From Hemiscyllium ocellatum (lineage: Eukaryota): a stretch of DNA of 64,000 bases. The stretch is taken from positions 43,727,776 to 43,791,775 of the forward strand of contig NC_083418.1 in assembly GCF_020745735.1 (NCBI RefSeq), read 5' to 3'. The number at the start of each line of letters is the position of its first letter. Positions within the stretch are counted from its first letter, which is position 1. Positions 40,355 through 53,634 of this stretch are shown piece by piece. The position numbers were made by a program, and so were the translations under genes. The notes under the pieces were generated by a model. That model made no database searches. It was not told where the DNA came from and worked only from the letters and a program-made list of their open reading frames with translations.

Positions 40355-40845
40355 AATACTGCAGTTAGTAACTGACCTCCTGATTCCTCAAAACCTGTTT
40401 ACCATCTGCAAAGCACAAGTCAAGAATATGATTGAATACTACCCACATGTTTGGTTGAGTGCTGTTCCAACAACACTCAAGTGGCTCGACACCATCCAGG
40501 ACAAAGCAGCCCGTTTTGATTGACACCATGTCCACAAGCATCCATTTCCTCTCCCACTGCCAAAAGCAGCAATGTGTACTATCTACAAGATGCACTGCAG
40601 AAATTCACCAAAGATCCTTAGACAGCACCTTTCAAACTCAGGACTACTTCCATCTAGAAGCACGCGGGCAAGAGAAACATGGGGACACCATAGCCTGCAC
40701 GTTTCCTTCCAAGCCACTCACCATCCTGACTCCAGAACTATATCACTGTTTCTGGGTCAAACTCCTGGAAATCCCTCCCTGACTGCACTATGAGACTGCA
40801 GACACACAATAAATGTTGGCCAGCAAAGTTCACAGGTGAATAAAA
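40355..40845 (+). mobile_element. L2/CR1-group LINE 3' fragment
   Basis: TICKAQVKNMIEYYPHVWLSAVPTTLKWLDTIQDKAARF; tail caataaatgttggccagc. Confidence 0.8.
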
Positions 40846-42504
40846 AGAAGCCTTTTGTGATTCACATACCAGGACACCAGATCCCTCTACTATAGAGTTC
40901 TTGCCATTCAAATAGGTCTTAACCTCCAGGACCTGATCAATTGTATCTCAGGACATTGTGGTAAACTATGGAAGAAATTACAGGGGCCCTAACAGAGATA
41001 TTTGTATAATCTACAGCTATGGGTTAAGGTGCCATAGGACTGGAGGGTTGCTAATGTTGTCCCTTTATCTAAGAAAGTCTGTCAGGAGAAGCCTGGGAAC
41101 TATAGACCAGTGAGTCGGACATCAGTGGTAAGTTGTTGGAGGGGATTCTGAGAGATAGGAATTACACGCATTTGGAGAGGCAAGAACATTGTCTACGTGC
41201 CTTTGACCAAGGTTTTGCATGGTAGACTGATTAGCAAAATTAGATCACACAGGATTCAGGAAGAGAAATGTCAGAACAGAAATATCTTGCTACAACTGTG
41301 TACAGCTTTTGACGAGACCACATCTGCAGTAGTAACTCCTATTGGTCACCTTATTTAAAACATAATTGCATTCAAAACAGTTTAGAGATAGTTTACTCAT
41401 CTAATTCCTGTGACATTGAAGTAATTTCATAAGGAAAGCTTCAGCTGAATCCAATTGGAATTTAGAAGAAAGAAAATTTTATTGGAAAATGGATTAGGAT
41501 GCAATAATGCAAATACTGAGACCACTTCTCCTTATCAGAAAGTTTAGATCTAACAGACAGCATTTGAAAATCCAGGGTCTAGCATTTAAAACTGAGATGA
41601 TGATTTTGTTTTTTTCTCTTACTGAATATATCCAAGAGAGTTATGGGGGATAAACAGTATTGTCAAGTTGAGGAGAAAATCAGATTAGTCGCAAATTACC
41701 TAATTGCAGAACAGGCTCGGGACCAAATGGTCGACTCCAGCTTATAATTCTTGTGATTTTGTGAGAAGTATGTATTGGAATGAAACCTCTAATTTAGATG
41801 GAATGAGCACAAATGCCATGTGTATATCCACACTTAAGTGGGCTTAACTAAACCTTGAACCCACTACAGATTTTAGATCAATAGTTTGTTTGTGTAGTTC
41901 CATTTTCACCACATTAATTTCATGAAATAGTTTTGTTCTACATTTCAAAATGCTGTCTGCCCAAACCAATATGTGTGGTTCACATTGTTCACTTGGCTTG
42001 ATGCATATGCTGACTCCCAATTTTGGCAGGTGCTTTGGAAGCTTAAAGGTTAGCTTGTATGGCACAACCCAAAAAATATATTTTGTTCTGTTCACAAGCA
42101 GCAGCAAGTGTTTTAAAATTATAACTGCAAATAGTCAAATGATAATATTATCACAGGAATTGAGTGTCTTCTGTATATATGTTAACAAAGTTCTTTTAAA
42201 AAAAACATTAGTTAAGCTGCAACTTTGTATTGTATTATTGTACTAAAGTTACTATTCACTTTTAATCCAAATAGTGATCCTAATATAATGGAGAAAGTCT
42301 GTAACCGTGCATGTGCAGACTCCTATTGTCTGTTGCATGGTGACATTTTATTGACATATCATGGAATGATTCATAACTGAGATGCTATAATTTCAATACT
42401 TAATACTTTAAGCTCCAACCAAATTGCTGTGAGTAACCACAGAAAAATGTCATGTACTTGCCCAGATTTAGAAAGTAACCTACTAACTACATGATTTAAG
42501 CTTC

Positions 42505-42791
42505 CACTTTTGCCAAACAACGTTCCTGTGGCTTAATGTGTGATTGAGCTCAGTAACCTTCAGGCTTCATTGATACCAGCATCAGTATTTCCTGGTTTAC
42601 CTTTGGTAGGGAACAGTCATTCTAGTGACAGGATGACATCCAGAGGAAGTATGGGAGTCTTGAATGGTGTGGAGCCTATTCAGTTGCAGAAGTTCCTGAA
42701 AGATTACTTGAGGGAAATACTAACTGCCTAGTGGGACTGCAGATTTTTTAGCAGGATTATTCCCTTAGCCATTAACTCATTATATTGCTTT
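42505..42791 (+). repeat. Direct repeat copy 1 (~285 bp)
   Basis: Aligns throughout with 43782-44066 (e.g. identical tgattgagctcagtaaccttcaggcttcattgataccagcatcagta). Confidence 0.95.
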
Positions 42792-43781
42792 GACAATCAA
42801 AGGGCAACTGCTCGAGTGCAGTATTGATAAGAGGCCCAAACTGCATGACAGGATCATGTAAAGTTACATTATTTCTGTCGAGCAATCATTTATCATTTGC
42901 TATTCTAGTTCAACATCCCTCATAATCACTAAAAGAGCTGAAAGGCCTGGAGATAGAGGATACAAAGTTGATCTAAACATTTACAAAGATTTGAAACATA
43001 ACTTCTTTGAAGGAGTTCAAGGACGTATGTAAACAACTATACAGAAATCACTTATTTGGCAGATGAAGGTTCAGCTAGTCAGTGTAAACAGAGTACTGTT
43101 TAGCTGAAACACCAATAGTTGCGGTCTAACTGTAGCTTAAGGAAACATAATATTCTTTACAATTGTGTAATCTGCAACATCATGCTTTTTTTAATGTCTG
43201 GTTTATGCGTCTTAAACCTCCCGACAGGAAGCAAATCATGGTTAGATTGAAGAATGAAGAATATAGGATTGGCCATCTTAGAGAAGCGAAGGCTGTGAGA
43301 GGCCTTTTGATAGAGCTGCTCAAGATCAGGACAGAATAGATGGTGGAAACACTTCTCATTAGCAGAAGGGTCAAGAAGCAAAGGATACCACTTAAGGTGG
43401 TGGATGGAAGAACTAAAAGGTGACATGAGAAAAATAATTTTTTTGTGCAGTGAGTTGTTAGAGTTTGGAATTCACTTTCTATGTGAGAGGTGGATTGAAC
43501 TATGACTTTCAAAGATAATTGTATGATTATCTGGAGAAAAATGGTTGGAAAGCTACAGGTAAAAGACAGGGAAATGTGATCTGTTCAGTTGCTCTTGCAG
43601 GGAATTAGCATGAGCACTTCTTTCAGTTCAACCTTTTACAGATGATTGGGTAAAAAAGCAGATGAAGAACACTTAAATCTTAAACCAGTCATCCAGGTGA
43701 TTGAATATCTTTGTTCCTTATAATCCTGCCATAGATTTCCTCCCAGCTGACTAGGTCTGAAACTGGTCCTTGTTGTGGTTT

Positions 43782-44066
43782 CACTTTTGCCAAACAATGT
43801 TTCTGCTGTTTAATGTCTGATTGAGCTCAGTAACCTTCAGGCTTCATTGATACCAGCATCAGTACTTCTGGTTTACCTTTGGCAGGGAACAGTTATTCTA
43901 GTGACAGGATGTATCTGGATAAGTATGGAAATCTTGAATGTGTGTGGAGCCTATTCAGTTGCAGAAGTTCTTGTAAGATTACTTGAGGGAAATACTGACT
44001 GTCTAATGGAACTGTAAATGTTTTAGCAGGTTTATTCCCTTAGCGATTTAATTCGTCATATGGTTT
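43782..44066 (+). repeat. Direct repeat copy 2 (~285 bp)
   Basis: Diverged copy of 42505-42791. Confidence 0.95.
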
Positions 44067-44219
44067 AACTTTGAAAGGGACCAAATGAGAACGTCCAAAT
44101 TGTCGTTGATATAGATCGGATTCTGATCTCCAGCTGTGTTCTTCCCTGGCTGCTTTCATGGCTGCCAGTCCGGCATCCCCAGTGTCTGACAGTAAAACCT
44201 GACTTAGACACTAATATGT

Positions 44220-44304
44220 TGAAAATGTGTTGCTGGAAAAGCGCAGCAGGTCAGGCAGCATCCAAGGAGCAGGAGAATCGACGTTTCGGGCATGAGCCCT
44301 TCAT
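44220..44304 (-). mobile_element. Single-arm family A pLTR fragment truncated in hammerhead core
   Basis: 11-bp TSD cactaatatgt (44209-44219, 44305-44315). Minus strand reads (g)UGAUGA A GGGC UCAU GCCC GAAA CG UC. Confidence 0.9.
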
Positions 44305-44879
44305 CACTAATATGTCTAGATAGAGCTCCAAATCTGGAAGGTAAGTTAAATGAAGATAAGTTAAACCTCCTCCGTAGACCACTATCTTAGACATAGACAT
44401 AGAATTCCCTCTGTAAAACGCACAACTTGACACAAAAACCACTCATCTAAGTCCTCATTACAACATTAGACTGCTAACAACATTAACTCACTCGCACTCA
44501 GCATTCCGCCTCACTAAAATTCCTTCACCATAGTATTAAATCCCCCCCCCCCACACTGAAATTCTTTCACTAAAGTACTAAGCTGCACAATACTGGTCTT
44601 GACACATCTGGATACCTTGCAAAAAAGCTTTTCATCAAAGCCCCCTTTAAAAAGAAACTAGATCTCCTCACTTCTTGCTAAACACAAAGCCAGATATTTG
44701 TGGCCATGCTGAATCAACGAGGCCTTCCCTGGTCGTCATGAGGCCTCAGTTCTTCTAGGTGGACCCGCAGTACCAAAAGAATTGCTTCCTGCCATGTTAG
44801 AGGGAGGTACTTCCTTCACTTTTTGATTAAGTGATGAATTGCCCTGCTTGTTTTAATTTGGCATAGCTTCAAAGAAGCT

Positions 44880-47800
44880 GATCTGGTGTGCTGCTATTAG
44901 CCTATTATCAGTAATAGATTCTAACTATTTCCCTATTTTAAGGATGTTAAACTGGACTGTTAAAACATAGATTTGTTAAGCAGAGTCAATGTGGATGTTT
45001 GAAAGGGAAATTATGTTCAACAAACCTGTTGGAGGTTTTTTTGAGGATGTTATAGATTAGAAAAGGAAACATCAATGGATATGATTTAGCTGGATTTTCA
45101 GAAGGCTTTTGATTAGGTCCCAAACAGAAGAATAGTTCCCAAAATTAGAGTACCTGGAATGGAGGTAATGGATTGACATTTTGTTAATGAAAAGAAATTG
45201 AGATTAGGAATAAAGTGTTCATTCCCGCATTGACAGGATGTGATGTGTGGGATCTCACAAAGACTGGTGTTTGGATCCCAGCTGTTCACAATCTATATAT
45301 CAGTGATAGAAACAGTGGGCCATTAAGTCTTCTCTGCCATTTTTATACGATCACGGTTAATTGAACACATCAGTGCCTTTTACCTCGCAGTTTACCTGTA
45401 ACCCCTCATGCCATTAGTAATCAGACATCAATCAATGTCTCATTCAAACATACTTAATGAACTTTCACAGTCCTCTGGAATAGAAATTTCAAAGATATAA
45501 TGTCTTCAAAATAAAAAGAAGTCCAAAATCTGGTCATAAATGGCATTCCTTTATTTTTAAACTGTACTCCCTGATTCTTTCTAGACACCCTAAGCAGGGG
45601 TAAAATCTTACCTGCATCTATTCTGTCTATCAATTTTTAATTATTTTGTGGCTTTCAATGATTTTATCTCATTTCTTGAAATTCTTGAGAATCTGTCTTC
45701 ATTGGTCTGTCCCACCATTTCAGGAACAAGTCGGATGAGCATTCATTGCACTCCCTTTATGGCAGTAATATCCTTCTTGAGGTGAGGAGAGCAAAACTGC
45801 ACACAGAACTCATGTGGTCTAGCCAGACTTGTACACAAGTGAAGCAAGTCTTCACTATTCTTATACTCAAGTCCTCTTAACCTTCCCAATACCTTGTTGC
45901 ACTTGCAGTTTAGCCTTAAGTAACTTGAAAACAAGCATATCTAGGTTCCTTTGTATATATGTTTTCCAACTCTCACCATTTAAGAAATATTCTGCATGTC
46001 TGTTCCTCCTACCAAAGTGGATAATTTCCCATTTTTCCAATTATAGTCCATCTTCCATGTCATTGTCCACTCGCTAAGTCTGTCTAAATCAACCTGATGC
46101 TGCTTGAGAACTTCGTCGATGCACATTTCCACTTAGCTTTGTATCATCCGCAAATTTGGAAAAATTATATTTGGTTTCCATGTCTAAATTATTTGCTATA
46201 TATTGTGAATAGCTGGGGCCCTGATTACTGAAACTTCAGTACCCCACTAATCTCAACCTGATAACTTGCGAACGGCACATTTATTTATACTGTTTGGAGT
46301 CATAGTCATAGAGATGTACAACATGGAAACAGACAGTCCAACTCATCCATGCCAACCAGATATCCTAACCTAATCTAGTCCCATTTGGCAGCATTGGCCT
46401 ATATCCCTCTAAAACCTTCCTATTCATACACCCATCTAGATGCCTTTTGAATGTTGTAATTGTATCAGCCTCCACCAATTCGTCTGGCAGCTCATTCCAT
46501 ATATGCACCATTCTTTGTGTGAATAAGTTGCCCCTTAGGTCTCTTTTAAACTTATCCCCTCTCACTATAAACCTATGCCTTCTAGTGCTGGACTCCCCCA
46601 CCCCAGGGAAAAGACCTAGTCTATATATCCTATCTGTGCCCCTCATGATTTTATAAACCTCTGTAAGGTCAGCCTCTGAAGCTCCAGGGAAAACAGCTCG
46701 ACCCCATTCATCTTCTCCCTAGAGCTCAAATCCTCCAACTGTGGCAACATCCTTGTATATCTTTTCTGAACACTTTCAAGTTTAACAACATCCTTCCGAT
46801 AGGAGGAAGACTAGAATTGCGCACAGTTTTCCAAAATGGCCGAACCAATGTCCTGTACAGCCACAACATGACCTCCCAACACCTATACTGTCTGTTAGCC
46901 AAATCTTTATTTATGCTTTTTTTTAAACAAATCTCTTGTGGGGAACCTTATCAAAAGCCTTTTGAAAATTATTTGAATATTACATACATTGACTCCCCAT
47001 TTTTATCAGTTTTGTTTGTGACATCCTCAAAAAGCTCCAAGTTCATCAAACACTATTTCTTGTTTACAAATTCACGTCTGATTATGCTCAATCAGATCAT
47101 TATTGTCCACTCTCCATTTATTCCATCCTATATAATAGATTCTTGTATTTTTCCTCACTACTGTTGCAAGGTTTGGGTGTGGGAACAAAATGTAATGTTT
47201 CCAACATTGTAAATGCCACAAAACTAAGTGGGAATATGAGTTGTGAAGATGATACAACAATCCTTCAAAAACGCCTGGAATGTACTGCCAGAGGAGATGG
47301 TAGAGGCAGATACAATTGCAATATATAAATATTCAGGGATGTATATTAATAACCACATAGAGGCAAAAAGCTTTAAGTTTAGAAAGGCATCCAGTCAGCA
47401 CAGTCTTGGTGGGCTAAAGGGTTCCTGTGCTATTCTTTCTTATTTGATTTGGTCAAGTGGAGGTAGTGGATAATAATATGGCATGTGTGGATAAAGAACT
47501 TCTTTGTATGAAGAACTGAGATGCAGAGTATTTCTCAAGTTGTGAAAAATTGGGAAGTGTTCATTGGGCTCTGTGTGCTCTTGTTCATAAATCACTAAAA
47601 ACTAACATGCAGGTATGGTACGCAGTTAGGAAGACAAACAGTGTATTGATCTTTTATCACAAAGATTTGTATACAAGAGTAAAGATATCTAGCTTCAATT
47701 GTATAGAACCTTCGAGAAATCACACCTGGTATACTGTATGCAGTACTTTTCCCCTTGCTTAGGGAACAGCATGCTCACCGTATAGGCAGAACAGCTGAGA

Positions 47801-48260
47801 TTTGCCAGATAATTCCTGGAATTACAGGCCTGTCATATAAAAAGAGATTGAGGAGACTGATCCTCTTTTGTCTGTAATTTCAGAGAATGAGATGGGGTCT
47901 CAATTAAACTTACAAAATTTCTAAAGAGTTAGAGTTAGACAGGGTGAATGCAAAAAGAATATTTTTCTTGTGCGCATGAAGAGAGCGAGGAGTATGGTCT
48001 CAGAATAAGGAGCGCCTATTTCTGAATGCAGTGTTAGAACTTTCTTCACTCTGAGGGTAACCCATCTGTGGAATTTTCTATCTTTACAGTATGAAAGAAG
48101 TTCATTTATCATGTTCAAGGTAGTGATTAATAGATTGTTAGATAAACTTACATCAAGGAATATGGGTATGTGCAGGAAGGTGCTATTGAGAGAAGTGATC
48201 TTGAATGATGGAGCATGCTCAAGGAGCTGATGACATATTGTTGCTCTTTTGTTTATATAT
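44880..48260. mobile_element. Nested CR1 fragments on both strands (youngest: 46297-46885, minus)
   Basis: LDFQKAFD, RPHEFCVQFCSPHLKKD and WNELPDELVEADTITTFKRHLD motifs; tail gagtcatagtcatagag. Confidence 0.8.
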
Positions 48261-48399
48261 ACTATGCTGCTACTGTTATGTGTGGGGATAAGCTTTTGGG
48301 AAGAATCTTTTGGTGAGGGAATTGAAATGAGTAGTTTGTGGTTGAGCCAAGGATTAGTAAAATGAATAACTTGGGTGAAAAGTAACAATTTATTTTGTT

Positions 48400-48748
48400 T
48401 TAATCATGCTTGGGAAGTGTGCAATGGTGACTGGCCAGCATTTGTTGCCTGCTCTTGAACTTAGTGGTTTGCTTGACCATTTTGAAGGGCAGTCAAGAGT
48501 CAACAACATTGCTGTGAGTGTGGAGTCACATGTAAGCCAGATCAGGTCCTTCCCTGAAGAACAGTAGTGAACCAAATGGGTTCTTCTGACAATACTCAGT
48601 GGTTTAATGGTCATCAGTAGATTCTGAATTCCAGATTTAAAAAAAATTCACTGTATGCCATGACAGGATTCAAACCTGGGTCCCCAGAACGTAAGTTAAG
48701 TTTCTGGATTAAGAGTTTAGTGACAACACCACTGGGTTATCATCCTCT
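48400..48748 (-). mobile_element. SacSINE1-like DeuSINE
   Basis: Minus-strand Box B-like ggtttgaatcc, core gagtcacatgtaagccag, tail ggccagcatttgttgcc. Confidence 0.8.
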
Positions 48749-49007
48749 TTTCCCCCCCCCCCATGTGTAATAAAGATTTGGGGAAGAATATTGTGTGGTG
48801 AAGGTAGGTATATGGAATAACTAGCTGAACAAGTAGGGATATATTTAAGACAATGAAAGAGAAATTGGAAATATTGTTTACTTGAATTTGTACAATGTCA
48901 TATGAGCATATAGCTATTTAAAGCTATTTACAGACACATTGACCTGGACCCCACATACAAACTACTACAGCTGAAACTGACACCCGGAAGCGGCAAGAAC
49001 AAACCAC

Positions 49008-49015
49008 TATAAATA
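49008..49015 (+). promoter_or_regulatory. TATA box in PLE pLTR
   Basis: tataaata ~45 nt upstream of the hammerhead. The same motif lies at a similar position in the sister element (25811-25818, minus). Confidence 0.5.
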
Positions 49016-49058
49016 CCGGAAGAAACATCAAAGCAGCGCTTCACAGGAGGCTCCAATA

Positions 49059-49098
49059 GCACTGATGATGTTCCCTAGCCAGGGAACGAAACGTTTGC
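49059..49098 (+). ncRNA. Minimal type I hammerhead ribozyme (family D), perfect
   Basis: GCA CUGAUGA U GUUCCCU AGCC AGGGAAC GAAA CG UU^ UGC: 3-bp helix I, 7-bp helix II, ACGU palindrome in place of helix III. Confidence 0.88.
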
Positions 49099-51047
49099 AG
49101 CAAAAACTTCCAGCTCGGCGAACAGAACCACAACAGCATATAGCTATGTTGGAGGATGGGAATTGCAATCAATATGGAAAGATGGTGTTGTAATTTAATT
49201 TGGGATGCAGTTTGCTTGTTGTGTGAGTATATGTTCAGGGGTGTTAGTTTTGGCAGTGATGCATCTGGTATGATGTTTGTTGAGAGCAGTATTGGAAGCT
49301 TGGAGGGAATTCGAACATTTGTTCTTGATTTTGAGTGGATGAAGCCAGGTTTGCTATCTAGCAGAGATTTGAGGTTGTGTTTTTATCAATCATTTATTAG
49401 ATGTTTTGCTGAAATATTGGTTTTCCCTGAGGATTTGGATGTTTTTCCCTGTGGTTTGTTTAATTTCATTGCTGCTTTTGCTGTGGGTGACAATGTGTGT
49501 ATTTTGACTGGGGAATTGTACTGTGTTTCATTACAACTGAGTGAGGTTGAAATCTTGTGAGCAGCTGGATGTGTGTCTGAATATAATTTTTTATTTTAGA
49601 GATAATATGATTTCAATCTGGGCACTGCATTTACTGTTCAAAGCAGAATATCAACATTCATTTCTTGAAGGTGCTGTGGTTGGAGATGTACATTAAGTCT
49701 TGTGGTTGTTTTATGTACAGCTGCTGATTAGCTTGTAAGGAACTTTGGCGATGATGCTGCTTGGCAGGGCCAAGGCTAACTATTCATCAGATTATCTGCC
49801 CTGAATTCCTTCTCTGTCACTAAGTCAGAATGCCGGAACTTTCACCCATCTGCACTGTAGAATCATACTCACCACATGGACTGGTGTGTTCAAGGAAAAA
49901 AATACATTCCCTTATTTGCTTAAGGGAAAGGTCTTAAAACAGAAGCAGGGGCACAGGCATCCAGTGTGAATAGCTAGAAAGAGGTTCAGAGGTGGAATGC
50001 AATCTTGAGAGAGACAAGCATTTATTGCCCACCTCTAATTTCCCTGGTAAGTCACCCTCTTAAACAGCTGCAGTCCTTGGCACACAGCGATACCTCTAGT
50101 AATATTTGGAAAGAGAATTCCAAGATTTTGACTGGATGACAGGTCGAGATGGTGTGTGGCTTGGGATGGGTGGGTTGGCGGGGGGGGAGAGAGCGCTTAC
50201 TAATAAGCTTTTAAATCCATGTCCATATCCATGTTCTCAGTCGTTTGACAAATGCTTTTGAACACTTATTCAAATCCTCTCTCAAACTCCTCTTTACTAA
50301 GTAGCACCGGATCACATTTGTCTGCTGTAGCCTCATAGTCTAATTCATTCCAGAAGCAATTTTCTTAAATTGTTTTCTCACTCTCACTTTTATGCTGTCT
50401 GTGAGAGGCAAACACGTGCGTGTGAGAGACCTAGATGGCCCAGTTTCATAATGTATGTAACCTTTTTTTAGGTTGACTGGCTGATGGGCTTCAGCAAGGG
50501 TACAGGCAAGGTAGCCAATGTGGACTTCTGAGAGAGGTTAGCTTGCTGATGTTACCCTAGAATCTTTTGAATTCTATTTTTAATTGAATGGGTGCATTGC
50601 AATTATTGTAGCATTCACACATTGATGTGCAGATTCTGGCATTTAGCTTGGATCAACATCATTGAGACTCTGTCGAAAATAACAGCTGTTATCAGCATAG
50701 CAACCATACTCAGGAATCCTAACTGGTGGGAGGGAGATCAAATCTCTCACAACTATTAATGTCTTGTGACATTTTCATCAGAAATGGGTGTTACAACATG
50801 GCAATGGAGGGAAGGAAGTGGTGAAATATGTAAGCACTTTTAGTTTGTGTGAGAACAAATTTGATAAATTCAGACTGACTGACAGATCTATCGGTTATGG
50901 CATCTCTGATGTTAGGCATGGATACAGAAAATAATTTGCAGACTTCTGATAGGAAATTTTGGTCAAAATTCCAGTTAAATTTTACTTTAATATGCCATAA
51001 ATCACAAACTTGCAGTAAATACTGAAGCAGAAGAGCCAGCTATATTA

Positions 51048-51259
51048 AATACTGAAAGAACTGCGGAGGCTGTAAATCAGAAACAAAAACAGAAGTTGCT
51101 TAAAAAGCTCAGCAGTCTGGCAGCATCTGTGAAGAGAAATCAAACAGACATGAGTTCTGAGGAAGGGTCAGTGGACCCGAAATGTTTAACTCTGATTTCA
51201 CTTCAGAGTCTACTATACCTGCTGACTTTTCCAGCAACTTCTGTTTTTGTTGTTGTGCA
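51048..51259. mobile_element. Fold-back PLE-derived mini-element, family C
   Basis: Arms aacaaaaacagaagttgct / agcaacttctgtttttgtt; 12-bp TSD ccagctrtatta (51036-51047, 51260-51271). Confidence 0.88.
51152..51192 (+). ncRNA. Minimal type I hammerhead ribozyme (family C)
   Basis: GAGUU CUGAGGA A GGGUC AGUG GACCC GAAA UGU UU^ AACUC: 5-bp helices I and II. The helix III palindrome is altered. Confidence 0.72.
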
Positions 51260-53217
51260 CCAGCTGTATTAGTGTGAATAACGTTTTTAAGAGATCAGTT
51301 CGAGTCATAACATCAGGAATTACATGTCAGCAAGTACTTCTAGATTCCTCCTTCTGATATTTTTGCAGATCTGCTTGTTTCAAATGGAAACACTATATTG
51401 TTTTACAAATTATTCTATTCAATTTATTTAGAAAGTTTCAAAGAAATGCTCAGAACTTTAGGTGGGATTGAACACACAAGTTCGAAAAATTGTGTGGAAA
51501 TGTTTTTAAGGATATATCATTGTTAAAGAACATCTAATTTTACTGAAGTCATGATTTTAATTTATTGACGATCGAATTACAAATTAATGAACCTTTTAGT
51601 TCTGTCTAACCATTCAGTTAGTAAAATCAACTTTTAGGATTATTTCTGGTGCATTTAATGATAAATGGAGCACTTGTGAAATCACAATTCAAAATTCGAG
51701 GTTTAAAAAAGTTTGATATCTGTTATTTAACTGTGATCTTTTCACTACATAGTATGTGACTGCTGATGGTGGCTTCGGAGTAGAGATTATTTCCTCAGGA
51801 AACAAGTATTAGTGCACTCCAATCACCGAATCCAGATGCTGTGGAGATTTGAGACCAATTCCAAATTGCATAGACCCATTTTAGGCTTAATGTGCTGTAG
51901 ATTTTTGGGCGAGCTTGGTGTTATGTCAGTGATCCTGTGTTATATGGTACCAATTTGACCAGCTTCATTTTATAGATTCTTGCTTTACTATTTTGTCCTA
52001 CATTTAGAGTGAGGGACAGAAATCATTGGTGCTGTCATGTTTCCAGGTCCTTTGTTCCATCTCTTACCACCACCCACCCATCCACTTTTAACCTCAACAG
52101 CTTATGTCGAAAGCAAAGCACCTTTGTGATTCACTTTGAGTTTTTTTATGGAATAGAATAGTGCTATATAAAAAGAACTATACAAATAGTTTCTTTTAAC
52201 TATTTCAAAAACAAATCCAAACAGTCCTACCATTCTCCTGTACCTGTCCTTTCCCTATTTGTTTTTCTCCAAGTAATTATCCAATTTCCTCTTGAACACT
52301 AATTTGAAACTGTATCCACCGCAATATCAAGCTAGCATATTACAAATCCCAGCTACAGTTTCAGTAGAAATCTTACCTTTGACAAAAGAACCAAAGTTAA
52401 CGCCAATCAGCCTAAATTAAGTTAAATCTTGGCATCTGATTATTGATCCTTCAGACATTGGAAGAACCTTTTTACTATTCTAACACATTTTATAATGTTA
52501 TATACCTCCACAGATCCCTTTCGGCCTCTTGGCTTTAAGGACAACAACCTTTTCTGTAATCCCTCATCATGGTGCCATTCTAGTAAATCTCATCTGGACC
52601 CTCTACAAATCTGCAATACACTTCTGTTGCCCAGAACTGAAAACCATTGTCCCATTTAGGTGGAGCTGTTTTAAATAGTTTCAGCAAAGTATCTTGGCTT
52701 TGTTTCATGCTTGCTTTTATTCATAAAATCCATCAAAAGTGCAGGTTTCAATATGATGCACTTTATAAGCCATGGCTTTGTCAGACAACAACTTGGTCAT
52801 TCAGATAACGACGGTCAAATCACTTGCAGTAGACTTGAACCTAACAAGCACTGCGAACAATAACAGCGTGTACAACCAAAAATATCCTGAACACTTAGTG
52901 ACATATATTTGATTGGTGTATGAATCCTAGTTTCACTTCCTACTTCAAAAATAGCAAAACCTTCCAGTAAATCAGCATCAACCAATTCACCCGCAATAAT
53001 CCACTAATTCTGACCCCACAAGTGGATTATAACAGAAAAATTACACTTTTGCTTTCAGTGCACGGCTAGCTGGCGGTCATCCATTTCCTCTCTGCCTGCA
53101 CAATCTTGAGCTGTAGGGTGACTGCATCCAGGAGTGTGCTGTGCCCATTGTCTGCAGTGTCACTGCATGGATGCTCACACTGAGAGGATACACTGGGCTG
53201 CTGTCGTACTGGATGCA

Positions 53218-53634
53218 CTGAGCTATAGGGAGAGGTTGACTAGGCTGGGGCTGTTTTCCCTGGAGCGTTGGAGGCTGAGGGGTGACCATATAGAGGTTTA
53301 TACAATCGTGAGGGACATGGATAGGGTAACTAGACAAAGTCTCTTCCCTGGGGTGGGGGAGTCCAGAACTAGATGGCATAGATTTGGGGTGAGAGGGGAG
53401 AGACATAAAAGAGAACTAAGGGGCAACTTTTTCATGCAGAGAGGGGTAAGTGTATGGAATAGCTGCTAGAGGAAGTGGTGGAGGCTAGTACAATTACAGC
53501 ATTTAAAAGGCTGGATGGGTATATGAATAGGAAGGGTTTGAGGGATATGGGCCAGATGTGGCAGGTGGGACTAGATTGGGTTGGGATATCTGGTCGGCAT
53601 GGGTCTGTTTCCGTGCTGTACATCTCTATGACTA
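53218..53634 (+). mobile_element. CR1 3' fragment
   Basis: LSYRERLTRLGLFSLERWRLRGDHIEVY; tail ctctatgactat. Confidence 0.92.

Larger units (their letters stand above)
48918..49134 (+). mobile_element. Poseidon-type PLE short 3' insertion (pLTR, family D)
   Basis: RHIDLDPTYK ORF end, perfect 13-bp TSD agcatatagctat (48905-48917, 49135-49147), many CpGs retained. Confidence 0.92.
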
